Origin: Geosiphon pyriformis uo1
Lineage: Eukaryota > Fungi > Glomeromycota
Assembly (NCBI GenBank): GCA_016748015.1
Contig: JAAOMT010000681.1
Span: 1 to 8,344, forward strand
Reading direction: 5' to 3'
DNA length: 8,344 bases
The stretch's first letter is position 1. Each line of letters starts with the position of its first letter. Positions 1-8,046 of this stretch are shown here, piece by piece. A model generated the notes under the pieces. That model did no database searches. It was not told where the DNA came from and was given only the letters and a program-made list of their open reading frames with translations. The position numbers and the translations under genes were made by a program.

Positions 1-215
1 TATTTATTTAAGTTCTAGTACTTTTTTCTTTGCAACTATTTCTTTGAATTTTCTAAAACTAGTTATAAATTTCAGAAAACTTTTTATATTTTAGTGAATT
101 ATTGCAAAATTCGTGGATTTTTGCATATTTCGACCAATTTTTACTGTTATAAAATTTGAGTTTAGTTATATTTGTGTATTTATATAATTTGAATTATTAA
201 TTAAAATATAAATAA

Positions 216-225
216 TTGATAATTT
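216..225 (+). repeat. Target-site duplication, copy at the element 3' end (TTGATAATTT)
   Basis: Identical to 7049-7058; its last three T merge with the poly(T/A) tail. Confidence 0.72.
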
Positions 226-231
226 TTTTTT
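223..231 (-). other. Poly(A) tail of the LINE (A9) with overlapping AATAAA
   Basis: Minus strand reads ...ACTTGTAATAAAAAAAAA about 126 nt after the ORF2 stop, directly followed by the TSD. Confidence 0.7.
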
Positions 232-855
232 ATTACAAGTTTTACAAGTGAAGCCCAATTGCTATCTAGTATACAAAACCAAACTAAGTAAAACCAACTA
301 AATGTAGCTTATGCACAGACTACATATGGCCAGCCACTCAGGCCAGACAAGACAACACTATACACCTATGGTAACAAAAGCATCACCACTCAAACCAGAG
401 AAAAAATAACACAATTTATGCCTACCAAACCTAACAGCAAAAGATTTTATAACACTAAGCATGCAGACAACACCAGCCAACAACATAGAAACTACACTGC
501 TGGACAAGCCAGAAATCACACTATTATCTCTAACCAAGCCAGCTTTTTCTATTTTTGTTCTATGTTTGGTTTTAATAGTCCATATTTGAATGCATTGCAA
601 CCCTACCACAAACCTGATGTATTCCACTAGGGTCTGAGTAGCTTTCACTTTTCCCTCAAAAACTAAAACAGCTTTGGCATACCAATCTCTCATTACAAAA
701 CCCTTGCACACTGCTGTATAAAGACTCATATCCAAAGAACATAACAAAAGCAAGAGCAGAATAGTAAATGGAGATGAATTCAAAAGACCAGACATCGACA
801 TCCATTTTTTAGCAGCTTCAACCAAAATGTTTCCATGAAGACCAAAGTTATCAGA

Positions 856-903
856 ACAAGTGAAAACATGATCAAAGAACTCCATCTTGTCACACAGCAA
901 ACA
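856..903 (-). other. C-terminal CCHC zinc-finger motif of ORF2
   Basis: CLLCDKMEFFDHVFTC = C-x2-C-x7-H-x3-C, placed like the C-terminal cysteine-rich motif of LINE ORF2 proteins. Confidence 0.8.
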
Positions 904-1251
904 CAAAACACCAGAATAACTTCTACTATACAACCTCTTTCTAACTGCAATCAGCAGCTGCTTATATACAGCCTTCATTAAATATGTGTGTAAATTGGCA
1001 AACTTCCTACTGGTGAACCCAGAAAGCATGTGTAAATCGGAATGCCAAACTGTTGCAGTAGTATTCCAATCTATTTTCTTAATCATAACATCCGGAACTA
1101 TATCAAAACCCAGACCAGTCTCCCAATGGGCACAGTTTATTGACTAGTATAAGTCTCAAGCAAAATGACAAGCATTGCCAAATATGGCAGTTTTTTTAGT
1201 GACCAGAAATCTTTCCCAGATTTTAACTGGCAAAAAAAAAGACAAGAAAAT

Positions 1252-1650
1252 AGCCTCATTAACCAGTACATTAGTCCTTACATTGCCCAATACATCTGAA
1301 TGTCTTTTAATCTTCACTCATTTAATTGCAATATTTTTGTTTTTAAGGAGATTGACAATTTGCAATCTTTCAATCCAACATTGGTTATGGAAGTCAGGTG
1401 TAATCGAAAAAGCCTCGGAAATGCAGGCATCAATCGCAGATTGATTATCCGAGTACAAAACCACTGAGCAAAAAAATAGAACACACTTTAAAGCCAATAT
1501 CACAGCTTGTAGTTCAGTTAAAGTAGAGAACAAAAGTTCAGCAACCTTAACTCCAATGCCTGCTTTTGCAGCCAGAAAGTATATAGCCACTCTACCTGCT
1601 ATCTTAACAGAACCAGCACATTTCAAGGACCCATCTGTATAAACCTTAAT
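1252..1650 (-). other. RNase H1-like domain of ORF2
   Basis: VYTDGS, STLTELQAV, LYSDNQSAI and, past the stop at 1320, *VKIKRHSDVLGNVRTNVLV (canonical WVKxHxGxxGNExAD). The first three acidic residues are present; the fourth D reads N. Confidence 0.9.
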
Positions 1651-2519
1651 ATAATTAGACCACACCTTCAGTAGATTATCATGAACTTCAGAGAACCTAT
1701 CAGAATCCAACACACTCAGCACATCTTCCTTAGTAGCAGTAGTAGTTTCGATCCTTAAAAAAACAGAATTGTTCATAAAATCAGACATTAAAAAAAACCA
1801 GTAAGGCACAGGGCCCCTTGGGTCCAATCACTTTCAACACCAAAATTTTTTCTAGTCCATTACTCTTCCTTTCTTGTCAAGAATTCTGTCATCAAAAACA
1901 ACACCAAAATGCTTCAATGAAAAAATGGATTTGTAAAACAAAGACTGACCCAGAATGCCAGACATCAAAAAATTGCCAGACCCATAAAAAGCACAAGATA
2001 AATTGTTCACTAAAGATAATTCATTCTCCAAAAAAATCTTCACCACCTCCGCCAAAAAATTGTTTACAGAACTAACACGCAACTTAACAGGAAACTACAA
2101 AGAATTCAAAAGAAACTATTCTAGAACTTGCAAATCCAAAAATCAATGATCAAATAAATATCCAAGAATGCCATAGCCATTAAAAAATAAAATTAGTGAT
2201 GCCAGCTTTCCTTCAGACTGTACTTGCTCAAAGGGCTTTAAACTATATAAAGAAGAGTGGTGCAAGACCTCACTGGGAAAGTCATGTGGTAAACCAGCTT
2301 TGGCCCTAAAATCTTTTCTAATCATGATATCCCACTTATGATACACATCTGAAGTAACAAAACTGAATTGTGTACAATAGCTAACAATAGGTTGCAAAAC
2401 TGCCAAAACCAAATAACAGAATTGTTTGTCCATAATAGCTTTTCTTAACACTATATTAGAAAAAAACCTGACATCCTTATGGGTTTGAACCAAACTGGGC
2501 TTAAAGAGACCTTCAGTTG

Positions 2520-3540
2520 ACAGAAAAATACCCAAATATCAGTGTAACTCACCCTTTTTAACAACCAAAATTGGCAATCCATTGATCAACAGCAAAGCAT
2601 TTTTAACTTTCTAATTGATAGAAATCACTACCATCTTATCATTATTAATTGAGATGTTATTAATCACAAAAAATTCACTTGCAATGTTCAAAATATACTG
2701 TGTAGATGCTTGACTACTCCCAACCCAAATTGTATTATCAACAAAAGTGCCTGCAGTCAAAAAAAAAGTTCTTTTTCCACTTGTCTCAATCCTGCCAGAC
2801 TTTGCTACGAACTTAAAATCAACTCTATATCTGCATAAGTGTTCATGCCTTTTTACTTTACACAAAAGTAGATCATAAAATATTCTCCAAAGCAGTGGGA
2901 AAAAAACTTCTCCTTGATCCAACTCATCATGTACTCTATAACTATCTAAAAGCCCAAAGTCAGTCATCACTCTGTTGACTCAGTCCCCATGAATATTGCC
3001 AAAAAATTGGATGAAACGTTCACACATTTTAATGTGATGCAAGCTTGCTTACAAATAATGCCAGCTCACTAAATCATAAGCTTTGCACATATCCTGCAGC
3101 ACTAACCAAAGCTCTCTGTTTTTCTTCAGAGCATCCTCAACGACTAAGCCAATAGCAAAAATAAAAGACTGGATCGAAGTACTCTTTAACACTGAAAAAT
3201 TGTCACATAAAGAACATTAAACTTGCTATAAGCCAAAGATATCTGATCAGATAAAATCTTAGATAGTATTTTACATGCTGTTTTGACTAATGTAATAGGT
3301 CTAGTATTTGTTAAAACACTATTCCACTCATAAGGTTTTGGAATTATTGAAACCCATGCTTTTTTCCACAGATTAGAAACTGCCTCTATACTCAAATACA
3401 AATTTAATAATTTTAAAAGACAGACCAAAACCTCCCCACCACAATGCTTCCAAAGTTTATTAGATATCTCTAATAACTCAACTGCTTTATTGTTTGGCAG
3501 ATTATCAATAACCAGAGACAATTCTTCCATACCAATTTCA
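2520..3540 (-). other. Non-LTR reverse transcriptase domain of ORF2, degenerate
   Basis: LPNNKA, IIPKP, TRPITLV...KILSKIL, LQDMCKAYD, LDQGEVFFPLLWRIFYD, FVDN at 2745-2734 (canonical [YF]xDD), INNDK, *YLGIFL: the non-LTR RT subdomains in order. Confidence 0.93.
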
Positions 3541-4349
3541 TTCATTGTACCAAAGAAAGCATCATCATCCACATAATTCAGAGGCATATATTGACGAGTC
3601 CAGAGGTCAGATATTTTTGGAAGAACTGATCACTTTTTTGTCTACCTTTCCATAATTCTATCAATCTTAAGCTTTATCTCATTAGACTCAATTACTAGCT
3701 CATTATCTACTACCAAGTAATCCAAAACCACCTTGCAAAATAGACGTTCCAGAATGCTCTTTATCATCTTCTCTTTATCAGAGCAGAAGTTTTCCATATA
3801 ATAGTCAATTGTCTTCCTTATAGCAGTATTTTTAGCAACCTTAGACTCATAATACTTGGACTTATAATACTCTTTCCTTATCCCCAACAAATGTTTAATC
3901 AACTTCATCGAGCTTATATCATTCAAAACCATGTCATCAACTTTGGAAGCTTTGACTACATTAATAGCCAACCAGATCTTAATAAGGCAGTTGAAATTCA
4001 GGAGATCACCAGAGTTCCAATATTTCACAATTTTTGCAACAAGCAGCTCTAATTTAAAGAATTTGGAAGATTGTTTATTTCTTAAACAGTCATATTTACT
4101 AAACCAGATCCTAGAAAAAACTGTGTCAACAGTCTGTACCATGGCCTTTTCCAAAATTTTCCACATTGTATTCAAGTTATCATTGACTCTTGCCTCCTCA
4201 AACATGTCTGACTTAGCCAACAACTTGGCAGAAGAGCAGTCTTTAAAGTTTAACCATTGAACATCATCTGCATCCTTTAATTTGAACTTCTACTGGTCTT
4301 GGTTGGCTTGTCTACAAATGCTAATAAGATGTGTATCCAGCAGTTCACT

Positions 4350-5047
4350 CAAACCAATTAAAACAAAAACTGACTTATAATCTGTATCAAAAAACTTAGA
4401 CACATTATCAATAAAATACGATGCCATAGCAGATGCTAAATTCACATTCACTAAAATAAAATCAATCACTTTTTCAACACCTCTAGAATTGCTTCAGGTA
4501 AAAGCCTTGGCCAATGAGTGTCCATTAAAAGCATTAACCAGGCCCAAACCCAAACAGAACTTGAAACTTACACTTTTGCTAGACCCATTTTTATTAAAAT
4601 TACCACCCAAAACCACAAAAGAGCTAAAATTAACTGCCCTGAAAACCATAGAATTGATATTAGCAGCTTGACTAAACTGAGTGCCAATAAACATACCAGT
4701 ATATTGACCCAAGATCATAATTGAAAGCTTGTTCTTGAACAGAAGATGCACAGAAATCAAATGACTAGGAATCTCATCTATTTTTAAAACATGCCAAGCC
4801 AAAGAATTGTTCATAATTATGGCAACTCCAGCACCATGAAATCCAACATTCAAACCAGAAGTAAAAATCCGAGGTCCATTAAATTTATTCATGATCCAAG
4901 GCCTATGTCAGACCTCAATTTTGTCTTAGTAACAATCAAAATCATATTTCCTGAATCCCTATGCCAACAAACAATGTCTTTCTGTTTAGCTAAATTTGAC
5001 ATACTCTTAATATTGCACGTAGCCACTCTTCAAATAAGCTCACTCAT
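4350..5047 (-). other. Apurinic-like (APE/EEP family) endonuclease domain of ORF2, catalytically degenerate
   Basis: Motifs in the expected order: ATCNI, IVTKTK (canonical xETK), GAGVAII, LGGNFN (canonical GDFN), T*SN (TW), IDFILV, DTDY (canonical S/TDH). Confidence 0.9.
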
Positions 5048-6928
5048 TGATACAAAGAATGCATCAAAGAACCTGAATTTAAGCACAACAGATCTAACTT
5101 CTCCAAGATTGAGCCAATAGAAACTTTGAAAGCCAATCTCTTAGATTCCAAACCACCAACTTTGGAGATAAGAACTTTTGAACTGCTTAGACCCAAATCC
5201 ACCACTTTGTTTTCTAATATTAAAGAAAAGAGAGGAAGAGACAGCTGAAGAACATCCAAAACCATATCAATATCTGGTGACACACAATGTAAGAACAGCG
5301 GTGGCCAGAAGTACAACTTGAGTAACAGGCACCAGAGGCACCAGCTCTATATCATTTAATCTACACACAATATCTGATACTTAATCAGCTAGTAATTCTA
5401 AAAAGCATTCCAGTAAAGCTAAACAATTATTGATTGAAAATTCATCTTAAACAACCAGCGCACTTTTCTTAATACTTAAAAAACCAGAAGGAAGAGGACC
5501 AGACTCAAAACCAGAATCGAAATGAGAGCCACTAGAAGAAAAAGCAAGTGAGACCACTTGCACCCAAGATTTGCCATCAAAGGCAGCAGTTTTAGAAATA
5601 AGAACATCTTTCCTAGCATACAATTTTGCCAGCCGAAGACAATGGCCTTCTAAAAAGACTCTTTTAACAAGTCTTGAGGACTTAGAGATAGATGGAGTTA
5701 GTGTATCACACTCCAGAGCAGAATGGCCAAAATGCTTATACTTTTCACAGCAAACCAAGTCTAATCTAGCCCAAAATAATTTAACACCATTAAATATTGG
5801 CTCAGTGTGATAAGCAGACTTCAAATTTTCATCAGATTCGAAATCAATAACAGCACAGTATACCCAGTTGTTAGAATCTATTGAGTGGTTAATGACACAG
5901 ATCTTTCTACCAGTCCTATCCAAAAGAGTGCCCAAATTATGAGCAGTTGTTCCCATTGGCAAAGTAAACAGCAATGCTTTGAACCTGTCTCTTGACACCC
6001 AAGTCTCATGATCACCTACAGTCATGGCTACATGCACCAAATTTTTATCAATCAAAAAAGACTATTTAGCAGCTAATTGTTTAGCCTAATCTAATTCAGC
6101 AAATTCTATCACAGCTTTTTGCCATAATTTAATAAGTTGAATTTTAATCGACTTAATTTCACCAAATTCAGCTAGTGCAGCGACAATCATATCCTTTGGT
6201 GTGTTCATGAGAATTTCTTTAATGACTACAGCCTAATCTGAATAGATTCTTTGTTTTTTGAGATTGCTGTTTATGTCAATTTTTTTTTTCCTGGCCAATG
6301 ACGCAGCCATATTCATGTTTTTTTCAGAAGTAAAGGTAGATTGGATGATCTTTTCAAATTTTGAGAGAGTAGTGGCTCTCCCAAAACCATTGACTAATGA
6401 AAAAATTTTTCTAATTAACTGAGTTTTTGCCATTGCCGATTTACTTTCCACAACTGAGAGATTAATATTCAAAGCAAATAACTTTTTAATTGACACTTCC
6501 ACAAGAGTCTTGATAATTTTTGGGTTAATCCACTTTTTGTCAAAAGAGATAGACAAGTGAGAAGGAAGCACAACTTCATTATCATCCATATAAAAATTGG
6601 AAAAGCCAAGTAGAGAACCAAAAACAGCACCAGTATTGACTTGCTTTGTCTTGAGTATAGTAGCAGCTGAGCCCAAAAGAAACCCACTATCTATATCAGA
6701 CATGCTAACATTTTCATCTTCACCAGAAAGACTTTTCACATTAGAATAAATACTATCACTAGAATCAGATCTGCTCAAGAATATATCTCTTTTATTACCA
6801 GAGTATTTGACATTATCAAAAACAACTTTTTTCTTCTAAGAAAAAAAACCTCCAGCAGGACCATAAAAAGCGCCCTTAGGAGCTTTTTTCTTAGATATGG
6901 TGCTACTAGTAGTAACTTTTATATCCAC
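5044..6928 (-). pseudogene. LINE ORF1 (gag-like nucleic-acid-binding protein), disrupted
   Basis: Track ORFs 6233-6778 and 5447-6055 share one frame that extends up to GTG at 6928 (VDIKVTTSSTISKKKAPKGAFYGPAGGFFS*KKKVV). It reads through stops at 6838, 6235, ~6088, ~6064, 5449 and ~5383, with one frameshift near 5285 into ORF 5044-5316. Contains an RRM-like segment (AVVIKEILMNTPKDMIVAALAEFGEIKSIKIQ...KAVIEF) and a zinc knuckle. The start position is inferred. Confidence 0.85.
5708..5749 (-). other. ORF1 zinc knuckle (C-x2-C-x4-H-x4-C) with the second Cys mutated to Tyr
   Basis: CEKYKHFGHSALEC has exact knuckle spacing; TAT at 5740-5738 is one G->A change from TGT. Confidence 0.8.
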
Positions 6929-7048
6929 GAAAAATAGATTATTATTAGGTAAAGAAATATTGATATAGACTAAAAAAACAAAAAAACTTCTTTTTACAGA
7001 AAATGCACTTTTTGAGGATATTTGGAGGTAAGAGAGAAAGAAGTTTTT
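6929..7048 (-). promoter_or_regulatory. LINE 5' UTR / presumptive internal promoter
   Basis: About 120 nt between the TSD and the inferred ORF1 start; begins with a pyrimidine tract (CTTCTTTCTCTCTTACCTCC). Promoter function is inferred only from general LINE biology. Confidence 0.45.
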
Positions 7049-7058
7049 TTGATAATTT
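7049..7058 (+). repeat. Target-site duplication, copy at the element 5' end (TTGATAATTT)
   Basis: Identical to 216-225; lies exactly where mixed-composition element sequence gives way to pure A/T. Confidence 0.72.
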
Positions 7059-7800
7059 AATAAAATAATAATAAAATAATTAATAATAAAATATAATTTA
7101 ATTAATATATAATAGTAAATAATAAGAATTATAAAATTAATTTTATGTTAATTTTCTTTTACTTTTTAGTTGGTAATAATATATTGTAAATAGATTAATT
7201 TAGCAATTCTCTATATTAATTAATATTTTTATTTAAATATGAAAAACTTAAAATATCTTATATAATTTAACAAAATCTTTTTTAAACAACTTATTTTAAA
7301 AAATACAAAATTTTTTTATATTTAATAAAATTATTATAATTATTTTTATATAAATAATTTTATATTTTATTTTTATTATGTTTAAATTTTTTATAATTTT
7401 TTATTTAAGCTTATATTTTAAATATTAATTAAAAATTAACTTAATTATAATAAATAACAAATATATATTTTATTTATAATATATATTTAACTAAGACTTA
7501 AAATTTTGTTTGTTATTTTTAAAATTAATTTTATTAGACAATTTTAAATAAAAATTTAAATTTTATGTTTTAAAAATAATATTAATAAATATTAACACAA
7601 TACACTAAAATAAATAAAACTTAATATTTTAACTTTCACAAATATATATGTAACAATAAAATATTATTTACTTTTTTCTAAACAAATTTTTAATTACATA
7701 TAATATTAATGTAAATTTGTTTAAATAAACAGTCACTAATTTCTATTATAAAACAATATGCATAATTTATATATAAACAAAAAAAACTTCTATTCTTGTT
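7052..7800. other. Extremely AT-rich low-complexity intergenic tract
   Basis: 13 G+C in 240 nt at 7261-7500 (manual count); no G or C at 7052-7114 or 7307-7379; no ORFs in the track. Confidence 0.9.
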
Positions 7801-8046
7801 AAGCAAAAAGTCTAAAACTGGCATATTTTTTAAATATTCCATACTTCATTAATTCTAAATTTAGCCAGTCTTTTCACTTTTGCCAAAAAAATTCTCAATA
7901 ATGTAATAAGACTACTTACTAATCAAGATACAGAAAAGTTTCATTTGCTCACATTTTATTTTTATTAATAATATTGTAGCGTCCTAAAGCTACATATACA
8001 TACATTAACAAATAAAGATCAAGTCACCAAATACGTTACTTATAGC

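Larger units (their letters stand above)
358..5047 (-). pseudogene. LINE ORF2 polyprotein (APE endonuclease, reverse transcriptase, RNase H, C-terminal zinc finger), disrupted; ancestrally ~1560 aa
   Basis: Starts MSELI*RVATCNI at 5047. Track ORFs 4892, 4223 and 3587 share one frame; 2970, 2535, 2082, 1827 and 1086 share another. They are joined by apparent 1-nt deletions near 4905 and 3206. About 18 in-frame stops by manual count; terminal TAG at 360-358. Confidence 0.93.
223..7048 (-). mobile_element. Full-length, inactivated non-LTR retrotransposon (LINE; ORF1 plus APE-RT-RNaseH-CCHC ORF2)
   Basis: Colinear minus-strand ORF1 and ORF2 domains in LINE order; T9 run at 223-231 (poly(A) on the element strand); direct repeat TTGATAATTT at 216-225 and 7049-7058; abrupt drop to very AT-rich DNA outside both ends; no LTRs, integrase or protease. 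Confidence 0.93.

Noticed and set aside
49-125. Small inverted repeats in the left flank (e.g. TGCAAAA 103-109 / TTTTGCA 119-125)
   Set aside because: Short, A/T-run based and expected by chance at this composition; no matching terminus found in the right flank.
418-5810. Plus-strand ORFs (418-630, 1175-1444, 1818-2075, 3931-4260, 4489-4671, 4518-4724, 4791-5120, 5571-5810)
   Set aside because: Short antisense shadows of the LINE ORFs with no recognisable motifs; their composition simply mirrors the A/C-rich strand.
6469-6687. 72-aa hydrophobic alternative-frame ORF that looks like a small membrane protein
   Set aside because: It lies out of frame inside ORF1, and hydrophobicity is expected from a T-rich strand; no independent support.
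358-6778. Reading the minus-strand ORFs as a multi-gene operon or a bacterial RT system (retron, DGR, group II intron, defence RT)
   Set aside because: The fragments share frames across stops and join into two LINE ORFs; APE-RT-RNase H order, poly(A) tail and TSD are diagnostic of a non-LTR retrotransposon.
6865-6888. Hairpin AAAAAGC-g-CC-ctta-GG-a-GCTTTTT resembling an intrinsic terminator
   Set aside because: Eukaryotic context, inside ORF1 coding sequence, and largely made of A/T runs.
358-6928. Alternative genetic code or programmed readthrough explaining the in-frame stops
   Set aside because: All three stop types occur at positions implying different residues (W, R, Q), alongside frameshifts and catalytic missense changes; the neighbouring gene reads normally in the standard code.
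223-7048. LTR retrotransposon or endogenous virus
   Set aside because: No long terminal repeats, protease or integrase seen; RT motifs are non-LTR type.
7052-7110. AATAATAAAAT-like repeats as a satellite or CRISPR-like array
   Set aside because: Two-letter low-complexity sequence without a constant unit or spacers.
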